DNA of 64,000 nt from Lingula anatina (taxonomy: Eukaryota > Animalia > Brachiopoda): contig CM120642.1 in the NCBI GenBank assembly GCA_051362555.1, positions 14,508,001 through 14,572,000 of the forward strand, given 5' to 3'. The notes under the pieces are model-generated. The model searched no databases. It worked only from the letters and a program-made list of their open reading frames with translations, and was not told the origin of the DNA. The translations under genes and the position numbers were made by a program. Below, piece after piece: positions 27,501 to 39,530 of the stretch (positions are counted from its first letter, which is position 1; each line of letters starts with the position of its first letter).

Positions 27501-30500
27501 TTGACCACAAGTTGTCTGCTTTGCCAAGCCTTATGTTTTATTTTTCCAGAGTTCAAAATTTATTATCCATTACCGTACTGCACATTTTGCTTTCACCACC
27601 AATATGTACTTTTTGATACAGCGTAGCTCGAAAACCGTATGGAATACAAAAAAACGGAGACCACCTCCAGTGTTGGGCTTTACATGCTCTATAAAATGCA
27701 AAAAAGAATGGGTCTCTAGCATTAACGGTTCCCGAATTAGAGACAGTTTTCAGTTTCGGTATCTTATGGCCGCTACTCCCGTTAAAATGCAACGATTGAC
27801 CCCAAATTCACGGAGATGAAAGATGACCTGAAGGGTATCATTTTCCAATAATATTATTGGTTAAGTCTGTGTGGTGTCTGAATAACAGCGCAAATAATTT
27901 TTTTTCGTAAAAAATTCATTTTTTTGAAAAATTTGGCCTGTTTGACCTTGAAATCCAAGGGCATATTTGAAATCTGCACATATGACTTTTGGAAAGCCGT
28001 CTATAGAAATTTTTCCCATAATTCCTTCCGTAGGGTAGATAATTAGCATTTAATTTTGCCATTTTTGGACAAGGGTGCATTACAATGAATGCCACACCTA
28101 GACCCCAATACCGACAAAGCCCAAATTTTACGTGGAACGAGTTGAGATTATAGGTGACCTAAATCCAAGAGATGGGTATGGGGGCCCTTACCGTCTAGGA
28201 GGAGAAGCAGTAACGGTAACATGGCGGCGGAGCCGGCGGAACGGACCGGACGGGACTAAAACCATGTGTACCGCCAGCGCTAACGCTGGTGGTACAATAA
28301 ACCAACTTGGTATATACAACAGGACAGAATAATATCTAAAGGGCAGCTTCAAACTATATCTTCCCTTGTCAAAGGGATCCAAGATAAGATATTCTGAATA
28401 AAATATTAGATTATTTAGAGAAAATCTTTAATAAATTTAACTTTTTTGAAATTTCATTAAAAAAAGCATTGGTTTTGATTATCAAGCGGATTCTAATAAC
28501 TTTAGTTTGAGCACTTTTAAATCTTATTGTTAACACTTTGAGAGATCTGAAACATTTTCAAAATAATAACCCAGAAGAACAGACCTGGCTATCCACCCCT
28601 ACAGTCAGTAACATCAGGAAGAACAGCACTGCCCACATGGGAGAGATAGGCAGCTTGGCCAAGGCCCCTGGGTACACCACGAATGCCAATCCTGGACCTG
28701 AAAGGAAAGCACCAAGAACATGGGCACTTTGATTGATAAAGCATGGGATATTTAAGAAACTATATTAATCTCACCTTTTGTGAACCTTGAGGCAATCATT
28801 TTATTCATAATCTTTTCTACCAATAATGAATTACTGAAATGCTACAGTCATTTTTGGTAGATATGTGATTTAAAACAGGAACTTTAAATTTGGTACTAAG
28901 TAAATAACAATGGAAGTGAAAAATGATTTGCCCCTAGGATCCAACTACACGTGGATAGGGTCTAAGTCTGTCTTTGCCTTGATTCTTGCTAATTGGGTAT
29001 ACCTGTTGCCACTGATCACATATGTCTGAAAACTCAACATCTAATGTGGCACAGTGATAGTGAGGACCACAAGCTAACAAAAGGGTTTTTGCTGCTGGCT
29101 TTAACTACTGAAAAACCTCTCAGAGGCTAAACATGAAAAAAAGTGCACTTCCTTAGTGAAAGAAGTGCACAGTTTTTCAGCCAGACAGTTATTATCTTAT
29201 TTTTTCATTTGCAGTTGATATTCGTGTTAAGATACAATCATTTCACCACACAGGGATGAGGGATGATCAGGGTACAGGACTGCAGGGAAAGCACATTCTG
29301 AGCATTCTTATTGTAACAACAGCTCATCAGGTTGCCCTGATATTTATTCTATTTTTCTTTTGTCTTTTTTTTTTTTTTGCAGTTTCTATTAACTAAAAAT
29401 ATTGAGCCGAAATAAAATGTAGATGCCCTACTGAAAATTCTCATCAAATTTGTTTAACTGTAAATGCCATGGCAGCATGTATTTATTATATCTGAGTATT
29501 ACTGCTTAACATAAAATAAATTAATAAAATAATTAAATAAATAAATGATCTACAATAAGCAATATCTCCACTGAAGTGAATTTTTACATAAAAAACTCTT
29601 AAAAGTCTGGAAGCTGGACAGAGAAAAGATGCCAACAAGAGAAGCGGATCTTTTTCTGAAATACAAAAGTTAATCCAGGCAGAAGATAGATTTAAAGTGT
29701 AAAGGGCATTGAAGACTGATGTTGAGTTTATCATCTCCAAGCCAGTCGGCCATGTGTTCTGAACCCGGTGGAAGCTGAATGACTGCAATTCCATTAACAT
29801 AGAAAAAAAGGACAAGAAAACTGGCTGTAATTAGGAAAGCAACTTACACATTTTTGCAACATCAAAAACAAAACCAACCAAAAATAAAAAACATAAATTA
29901 AAAAAAAAAAAAATCTCGAGTAGAGGAATCATGAAACAGGAGATGCCGATGACTCTAAATTGGCTATTGCTTGGAAAAGTATACTGCACTGCTAATGAAT
30001 GATAATATACTGTACTGGGGTAATATATGGCTTTATGATGATTATTTCAAGCGCAAGCTTCATAGCCACAATACCAGTGAGACCATTACAGTAGCTTAAG
30101 AATCACACTTTCAATCTTACTAGTTAAAGCAACAATACCTGAAAGTAAATATCATGGAGATTAACACATATCTACTTAAAAAACTATTGCTGCTCTTGTT
30201 GCTGAAAGGTTCAAATCAAAAGCATCATATTTGGGTACTGAAGCTTGAATCAATTTTTTTTGCAATTAACAAGTACTAAAGAGAATGATGCATACAGTTT
30301 CTGCATGGACTTAAGCAAAAATGAACGTAAAAAAGGGTATACTCATGTTTTCCTGCCTTTCTTGGAAATGACCTTGACCTTGTGTATCTCAATAAGATAT
30401 CATAAAATTCACTATGTTTCTCTGCATTTTAAAAATATCTACTGATAGCCGCATCATTTTGCAGTTTTGACAGCCATGTCTAAATCTTTTGCTTTCATAA

Positions 30501-33500
30501 ATATGTATCTTATCAAAAAGTGTTGTAACTAATTGATTTTAAGTGATTGATATGTAACTGAAAACTGAATTCATCAGAATCCAGCAAGTGGATTGACATA
30601 ATTCCAAAAGCAAGCTGAGATAACATCCCAAGTAGGCCAACCTTTCTCAGTCAAAAACAATATTAATGTAAAGATGGACCAACAAGGCATGTTATCTACA
30701 TGTATAGTGCACTGCATTGGACAGTTTATTGAAACTTGTCTATAAACCTACCCATAACAAGTTTTAGTTAAAGTCTAATTTTCCTGTTTTTACTCTCAAT
30801 ATACTAGTTTATTTTAGTTCTTATAAATACATGTTTAGAAAGGTCAAGGTCATGTCAAGGCCACTCTAGGACAAGGTCATCAGTATATCCAGAAATTTTC
30901 TTGAACCTTGAGTGATGACAGCATCAACAGTCCTTCCAGTTTCTTGTGCCATGAAGCCAATGATTGAAAAGATGACAAAGCCAGCAAATATACTGGTTCC
31001 TTCATTCAGCAATGGAACTATTATTGCATCCCTGTGAAAAAGAAAGACAATCACACCGATGTTAATAATACGTAACTGGATTACAAGCAAGGCTTTCTGC
31101 TGACACATCTGCATTGAGCCAGCTTGTGGTTGATCTTCTCTTTAGGTCGGTTGAACGTCAACATCAAAAACAAAATATAATCAAACAACATGTAAAAAAG
31201 TCATGGTAAGGCTGGCAAAAAATAAAAACAGACCACTGAAAATGTGGTTTTACTATCAGTCTTTGACAAGTTGGTCAACAAACAAAAAAATTTGGTTGTG
31301 AAGTGTAAGCATCTGGCTGCCATTCTTGGTTTAATTGCTGAATAGGCAGAAATCCCCATATAATTGCAGTGACAAGACTAAGGTCATTTGCCTTATTTTT
31401 TTAAGAGTTTTAACTGAAATACCCATAATTTTGTAATAACACTGCCTAGAAATATCTAAAGAGCCCCCATCCCATTGTAAAAGAAGGTGACCAGAAGCGC
31501 AGAGTGCAGGACATGCAAAATTGAAAAGAAAATTGCCAATGTGCTTGAATATCAATGGTGAGCAATGAATGAAAACAAAATGCTACTTACTTCCCTTCAG
31601 ATTACTTATCTTTCAATAGCATTACTCTCCCTATAGGAGTTGGAAGCATCCCAAAATTTCATATCAAATGATCAATGATGGGTTACTGTCAAACAGTTAA
31701 ACTTAAAACTATTAGCAAATTAAAGTTAGTCTAAAAGTTTTATTCTTATACTTAGAGCAATAGATATGAAATTTGAAGATTATTCTTAGCTACATTAAAA
31801 GCTAACTCACCTTAGGCAGTTATTCTGGAAGCGGTTGTAGCTGGCAAATGTGATCATGGCCCCCCAAGCAGCACCAACAGAGTAGAAGATCTGTCCCGCT
31901 GCCTCGGCCCACACCTAAGTGCAATAAATATATGATTAAATATCATTTGAAAAATTCATATATTTTGGCTATCAGAGTTAATCTCACTTCTACCTAATAT
32001 TTCATTTTATGGATGTTTTTCCACAAATTGTACAAAAATAAGGTGCCATTTCTGTTTGAGGACAGCCACTATTCCAAAACTACAGTGTAATTAGCTTTTC
32101 TCATGACTTGTAAATGAGAACAGATATTTTCTTCATACATGTACCTTAAAGCTCAGCAGTTTCTCCCATTTAGGAATAAGATAATACTTTATCCCCTCCA
32201 TAGAGCCTGGAAGTGTGACTCCGCGCACCAGTAATATAATCAATACCAAGTAAGGAAACGTGGCTGTAACATAAACAACCTAAAAGAGAAAGGTAAACAT
32301 AAGTTTTATATGAGCCTATCTCCAATCATATCATCTTGTTTACCATTATCTACCTAGTAGTCAACAAACATGTATTTGCTCTAGGAAAGGTTTTAGAACG
32401 ACACCAAAGCCAAAAATTGCTGCAGACAAGGTAACTTTTACAGTACATCTCAAACTGCCTTTGGATAATTTGAATGGTGAAGATGTTAAAGGTTATAAAA
32501 TGAATCTTATGCTAAAAAATACAAGTTACATATCCATATGAAACTACTTGCAAACATATTAGTAATACATTTGTTTAAAGAACTGATATACCTTTCCAGA
32601 AGATTTTACACCCTTACACAAACACAAGAAGATCATAACCCAGGCAAATATCAGGCACAGCAACAGCTGCCAGCGAATGGGACCAATGTTTTCTATACCC
32701 TCTGACAACTCAAGTACATGGTTTCTTGAAAAAAGGGGAGAAAAAAAAATTAAAAATTAAAAGCATTTTCCATTGTGAATATAGCCAATTTACAATGTTA
32801 CACATACATGTATTTACTTAGTGATAAAATCAAATTGGTTTGTGCATAAAAATAATCTCTTAAGATTTTCTGTTAAACTGGATGAGTGCTCTAGAAAACT
32901 TAAAACTCATGATAAATACAATAACTTGAAACAATCAGTTGGAAAGCCAAGTCAGATTTTAATTAATTTTAGACTGATTGACTATATATGAAATGTCCAT
33001 ATTTGTGCCTTTTTCCTATTCTGATACTTACTGCCAATACTGTTCACTAGGAGACTCCCTCTGTATGGTGACATTTGTGCTGTTAGCACCATCCACCCCA
33101 TAGTGCATCCAGTAGCTGGCACTGCTATTGGCAGTCAAATTTCCCATCAACCTCACCACCCCAGCGCCATCTAGCAACGGATCTAGGGGTCCCTGGTGTG
33201 TATGGTTGGTAGCATTAGGACTACGTTTATGCCACAGAGCACAATTCTCATCATTCCAGTCATTATTGCAGTGACTCCATGGAAGAACTGCTTGGAAGGA
33301 CATCAATAAGTAATACAGGGTCCATGTGATGATGATGTTGTAGTAGATACACACAATTCCAGACACTATCACCATACCCCAGCCAATGCCTGAAATAATA
33401 TAATGTTAAAGATACAAACAAATCCAGACTTCAGAACCAATGCCAACTATTTCCAACATCTCTGAAAGTAGACTTACACACCTGTAATCATTAAACTAAT

Positions 33501-34680
33501 CAAACGTCTTCTTTTTCTATGCCATTTAACAAAGGTTAAATAAAGTAACCATGTCTTAAAATTTATAGAATACAGGTGTAAGTTTCTTTACCTTTGAACA
33601 TTGGACTGAGCTTCCAGACCCCCGTGGGACTCTGGCTGCAAAACTGTCCATATGCAATCTCCAGGAAGACAAGAGGCATTCCACACAGCAGCAGGAAGAT
33701 GCAGTATGGAATAAGGAAAGCACCTGCATAAACAGGAAATATGTTTGCCATAAAAATAGATAAAGATGTCGACTGATAAATTTTATTTTAAAAAACTCCT
33801 TGAGTAATAATAACCTCCGCCATCGAGGTTGTTTTCTGACCTCCGCATGTTTGTTTGTTATTTTTGTTTGTCTTTTCCTTGCCAGCCTAACTCAAAATGT
33901 AATGTATGGGTTTTGATTAAATTTTCAGCATAGGTTACATATTTGTGGGCTAACTTAAAAGTGGTTAAATTTTGGTGATGATCTATTGATTAATTAATGA
34001 TTAATTATTAGTTAATTATTCATGGAGGTCTGTGGTCTCTGACAGTTTTTATGGTTGAGTTTTGATATATACAGTCTTATATTTATACTGTCTTAACTGT
34101 CTGTCTCCAAAACACACTACTTCACCATCTGATATTTGTAAATTGTTGATATTTTGCTGCATATCAACTAGGTTTCAAACCAAATAACTTGGAAAAAAAC
34201 ACTTTTATGAATTAGCTATTGTTTGCAAGACATCACTCCATAAAAAAGTTTGTTATGTTTATCCTTCAATTTTTCAGGGGTTGGACAAATTATATTCATC
34301 TGCTACCTTTTGCCATAATTTGTAAAAAAAAATCCATAATGGCAGCTATTGCTTGCAAATAATTTCTCCTGCTTGAAACATTTAGCCAGTAAACTAAAAA
34401 ACTGATATATGCCAAATATGCAACCAACAAGCCTTCAGTATTATTTTAACATGTAAACATAAAGGATTAGAATGAAATCCTTAAAACAAGCCATGCACTC
34501 ACCTCCACCATTTCTGTAACAGATATAAGGAAACCTCCATATGTTACCCAAACCAACAGCATACCCAATACAGGACAAGAAAAAGTCAAGTCGACCACTC
34601 CAGTTGCCACGCACTTTGTTCTCGTCTTCTAGGCCCACCATCTTTGGCAAAGACAGCTTTCGCTTAATTTTATCCCCCAT
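24057..34680 (-). CDS. SLC6 Na+/Cl- dependent amino-acid neurotransmitter transporter, glycine-transporter-like (GlyT/SLC6A5/A9-like), 13 coding exons
   Basis: Exons (minus strand, all GT-AG, frame-consistent): 34692-34503 (ATG 34680), 33723-33592, 33389-33032, 32724-32592, 32279-32145, 31914-31811, 31031-30907, 28697-28585, 26174-26043, 25875-25776, 25478-25378, 25030-24863, 24326-24057. Hallmarks: [79 protein letters not shown] (TM6 Trp as in GlyTs), [23 protein letters not shown]. Confidence 0.93.
24490..24521. repeat. (GT)n microsatellite
   Basis: Direct reading. Confidence 0.9.
24565..24779. mobile_element. 215-bp Harbinger-like MITE in the last SLC6 intron
   Basis: 3-bp TSD ATA (24562-64, 24780-82). 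Imperfect TIRs. Near-identical to 44-258. Confidence 0.8.
26248..28300. mobile_element. Non-autonomous Helentron-type element (HINE/DINE-1/Pearl-like) with an internal satellite array, in an SLC6 intron
   Basis: Starts aactagag. Subterminal inverted repeat tattgtaccaccagc (26283-97) / gctggtggtacaata (28285-99). Terminal hairpin gtaccgccagcg-ctaa-cgctggtggtac. ACGG/GACG microsatellite-like tract at about 28225-28255. Central tandem repeats. Confidence 0.75.
26440..27345. repeat. Tandem array, ~146-bp unit x ~6
   Basis: Anchor gtaggtcaaaggtcaatttcaaggtcac at 26463, 26608, 26796, 26942, 27088, 27234 (spacings 145, 188, 146, 146, 146). The 188 unit contains a ~42-bp internal duplication. Confidence 0.92.
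33806..34050. mobile_element. Degraded short Helentron-type (HINE) element
   Basis: Opening hairpin taacctccgcc..gaggtt followed by a (GTTT)n tract, and a distal ggaggtctg.gctctctga-like motif complementary to the start. Matches HINE layout, in opposite orientation to 26248-28300. Confidence 0.45.
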
Positions 34681-36528
34681 AGATGGTTTCTCCTACAAGT
34701 ACAAAGAATGATGTCAGATAATATCAAAATCACTGTCAGTGAAAGGTTGCTACCTCTCTATCAACTGTATCCAGTATGATATTAGAGTATTTTAAAGCTG
34801 ATTCCAATACTACAAGGTGGAATTGTAATTCACTTTTTGATGCAGAAACAGGAATGATGGATAATAATTTGAACCATTCACAGTCTGTCACTTTAAAGCC
34901 AGCACATATCCAGATCATGCAGGGACACCCTCAGGTATCCCAAGGTGAGTGGTGAGGCTGGGTAAAATGAGTTTGGGCTATTCCGGTTTAGACCAGCTCT
35001 GACACTGGGCTATACACTGTGTTTATCTCCAGTACAAAGAACTAATTATAATATTGTGTATATAATAGTAGCTAAATATACATGTATATTACTGCATACT
35101 GTGTATATGCATGCATTTATGTAATCTATACTTATATTTACATGAAAGTAGTGGAACTCCTAAGAACTCCTTTGCATACCTTTAACTATAATGGTAAACA
35201 ACTACATGTACGAACTATAATAAGAACTTTGGGCTAGTTACTGAGCTCAAACATGGTACAGAGACTAGGGTGACAAATCTCATCTTTAGCAAATGAATGT
35301 TTCCTGCAGTTGTTTGCTAAAGTTGCTGGTGCATTTAGCATGCATGCACACACACACACACACACATAAAGAGAACTCATCCAGCAATAAAAGTCAACTA
35401 TTGAGCCTCATTAAAAAGGCCGGGGCTCTCACAGCTCATGCTTTAAGTGTGTCAGCAACATTTCCATGCAGTTTCAAACTGGCAAACTTTCTTACCTAAA
35501 ATCTACACATAAGAATATATAAGGCCTTTAAGTCTCCAATGTTTTTAGTCAATTGCATTCTAAACTTAAAGGCTTCTGACAAACTATTAATTAGAAAAAA
35601 ATAAGTTTTTAGTTCCTTCCTTGAAGTTTTGGAAAAAATGCGAAAACTTATGGTCCATAAGTGTCCTAAAATACAATTTATGCCCCTTTTAGCCTGCAAA
35701 AATTTTGTATAACATCTTTTGAACACTTGTCTCTACAAACATGCCCCTTACATTTTACACATGCCAAAGTGAAGCTTAACATAATGTTTTGAACTTAATT
35801 CTGATCGTGAACAGTATTTGCCTGATGACTTATCCCACATGAGTTATGTTGAAAATACAAGGAAAACAGAAAAAAAGGCAAATGTGAAGGCCATAATCTT
35901 AACCTGTTTACTAGATACTAACCATATGACAGCAGCACTTAAATAAGTGGTATCTTATAACTCCAGCAACCCTGCTGGATTTCATGTACCAGGTGGTATG
36001 TTTCCATGCAGTTAAAGAAGTTAAGGATGACAGATAAGCTGATTCTGACATGGACTAAGATAAATTATATATTCAACCCAAATCCCCTCCCCCCCCCCCC
36101 CCCCCCCAAATAAAAAGGGAAAAAAAAAAGAAAATATAAACAAACAAACAAGAAATGTGCATTTGGCAATTGTGCAAAACTGAAGTGCCAGTAGCTGTTA
36201 CCATTACACTTATATTTAGGGACAAAAGTCTCATACACACACACACTTAGGAAATAACCATAATATATTTTCTTTGGAGAATACCAAGATACATGAGTAG
36301 GAGGTAGATATATTTATATGCAACAATTTGAAGAAAACTTATATTCTTTTGAATTAAAATGTTCATTTCCATAAACCTTTTTGACTCTCAGTTTGGTTAC
36401 CAGATTTCGGACAATATACACACTATATGTACAAGTCAAACCTAAAAATATAAAGGAAAAAGGTTTCCATTAATGAAAAATCAAATCAAACTAATTTATC
36501 CAGGGGCAAGAAATCCTTGACATCTTAC

Positions 36529-36590
36529 CTCCACCTTGGCTCTGTCTGGTGTTCTACAGATTGTTGTTTTCTTCAAACTGTTGAGCCAGT
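36529..36590 (-). other. Candidate upstream/alternative exon of the SLC6 gene
   Basis: Strong donor GAG|GTAAGA at 36528. Frame is open (WLNSLKKTTICRTPDRAKVE) and phase-0 compatible with exon 34692 (EKPSMGDK). 5' boundary uncertain. Confidence 0.35.
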
Positions 36591-37981
36591 CTGCATGGGA
36601 CTGGATGTATGGGTCAAAATTACATAATTTCCAAGACGAGTCACTAAGTTCACCAAATGTTATTTGTGTACCTAACCTAGTTTTGAGTGATTACTAGATG
36701 TACATGTGCTGCAGTATTTGTTATAGGGTTACACCTTTTTGTGTATTGACACATAAAGTTAGGCAACATTACAGTACATGGCATCTTTCCCATTGTCTTG
36801 AAATACATGTATGTTACTTAATCTTATCTACATACTTATTATCCAATATGAAAATATCCACTTAATTAGTTGTTGTAAATGTATAATTTTTTCCCAGACA
36901 TAAATTTGTATCAACAAACCCACTGTTTAAATAAAACAAAATAAAAAATCAAATAAAATATATCATGCTCAAGTATAAGACTATGCAAAGATGGTCTGGT
37001 TTGACATTGACTGGTTTACAATATAATCTTAAATTCCACTGGAGTGTTTCCCAATAAGTGCAATAAAAACAAATAGAATTTAAATCAATTAATTACTAGT
37101 AATCATAAAACATCAAGGTTTTCATCTGTATCAAAATTTCACAAGAACTGACTGAAAACTGCAGGGAAAAATGGCCAGATGAGTGACGAATACCATGCTC
37201 CATTCCTTAGTTACAGATATGGCTGGTCACAGGGGGATGGAGGTGGGTGGTGATTATCTTAATGTTCAAAACAAGTACACACTATGGTAAACCTTACAGT
37301 ATAACTTATGTTAATTACATTTCATAAAGTTGATTCAAAAAGTGACAGCATTGACCCACCTTGGAGGCCGCCCACCATGAGGAACTGGACATCTTGACAC
37401 CAAGAACATGTGTAAAACTGCTTGGGTTAATTCATTCAACATGACCTTTATGCACAAAACCTTTTCTTCCTTGTTTACAACTAACGCATTAAGTAAACAT
37501 CCGTTATACTATTGACATATAACCTTTTCAAGACAATACAAAGTAAAGCTACAGGTGAGGTGTAAGAGAACTTGCCTCAACTATAATATAAGCTAATGTT
37601 CAATTCTGTGTGCTTGTTGTTGTTCACATTCTGCATGATCAGCAAAAGAGTAAACTTTGGCTAGACATGTTTGGATAATATCTAAAAACTGAGTAAATGT
37701 AACACCACCCCGGTAGCACTATATGATAATATGTTTTCTCTGAAATAAGAGATATAACAGCTTCTACAAGCATAAGCTTCACAAATTACTACAGATCGAA
37801 ACATACAATGTACTATCTACATTGTATGTTTCTGTAGTAATTTGTGAAGCTTGTTTGCTAATTTGTGATTTCTAGGACAGATAGTAAAAAGGCTTTTAAA
37901 TTCCATCTTTGAACATGACCAGCTTTTAAGCCCATGGATCAAATTTAAGCAAGTTATAAAGCATCTGGGTGATGCTGATTA

Positions 37982-37984
<3 letters not shown>

Positions 37985-38023
<39 letters not shown>
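37985..38023. repeat. (AT)n microsatellite
   Basis: Direct reading. Confidence 0.9.
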
Positions 38024-38027
<4 letters not shown>

Positions 38028-39488
38028 TGAGTATAATCTGTACAGTTTGTCTGCACATAAAGGTAAAGAGCACAGTTGCTGTTAGTACATGTAAAAGACA
38101 CCCAGAGTTAAGAGAGTCACTGGAAACTTGCCACATTTATCAGCTTGTTTCAGCCATCTCCAGCATTATAATAACAGCTACACTGTAGGGTGGAAATATG
38201 CTTATTATAAAGGTGAGCTTCCCACAGTGACCTCTCAAAGTCAGGGTGGTAAAATAATAGAATACAGTGTGACCAACTACTGCAATACAAGAGAGAATGA
38301 GCAATAATTTTGCAGTAATATCAAAATTTATATAATGGAAAAATACACCTATAGTAAGTAGCTGCTAGCAAAACTAATGATGGCATACAGTATATCATAT
38401 ACAACTTGTACATGTCAATAATACATTTCCCTCAGGATTCTCCTAAGATGTTCTCCCACGTGTATTTTCTAATGGAAGCCTTTTTTCCATAAATCACATC
38501 ATACACTAGACTAGTACATGTATATATTTAAAGTGTGTACCAGTACATGGGGCTTTCCTCTGTTTACCTGGTCAAGTCAGTTACAGAAACAAGTAAATGT
38601 GAAAGGGGTCACACGGAACTTTCAATCACAATTATGAGCAAAACAGGTGAGGCATTTTTAACATATACGCTTGTTACTTCTGAAATAAATTTTTGTACCA
38701 CTGAAAATTTCAGTGGTTTTTATTTTTTTCCACACACCCACAAACACACACACGCACACACTACTAATAATTACATACCTTCACAGTGGTGCTATATTTT
38801 AGATGTGTTTTAAAGTTGTGTGAATGGACCAAACGAAAACATCTTTACTTATGTTTTTTTTTAGGTTAAATGAGGTCAGGTTATAAACTGGGTAATAATT
38901 GGGAAGAACAGAGATATTCAGGTAAACTATAATATTTATTCTAGGACAGATGCCATGTTTTCTAGGGCAGATGCCATGGTACAATGATATCTTGAAGAAT
39001 GTTTAACCTAAATTGGCCAAAACTGGGTGACACTGGAATAACCTTTTTATCTTCAATGTATGTACCGTGTAAATAAAGTTCACCTTGAAATGCCCGGTTT
39101 ACTATGTTTCTGAAGTTATCAATGTCCAAATTATCACTTGTTTTTTTTAGCAATATCAAGGGTGACTTGGCCTTTATGACAAAATATCTTAAAAATAAAT
39201 TTTGTCATTCTCTAAAGTTCACACGAGCATAATAAGGTTAAGAAAAAAATGTTGAATCTCACTGCCCAAATAATAGTTCAAGCTGCCTCTATGGTTGTCA
39301 ACTTCAATAACTTCAATGGCAATTCCCAATGGAAGTAAATTCCTTGAAGTTTTAACACAGCTTGAGCCATGAGAATGAATCCAATTCAGATGAATGAAAT
39401 GGTATATTTGTCCTCAGTTACTACTTATATAATTCAAAGCAGTCTGTCTGGGATTTATGGACAACATGCCATAATGGAAAAGTTTGTG

Positions 39489-39530
<42 letters not shown>

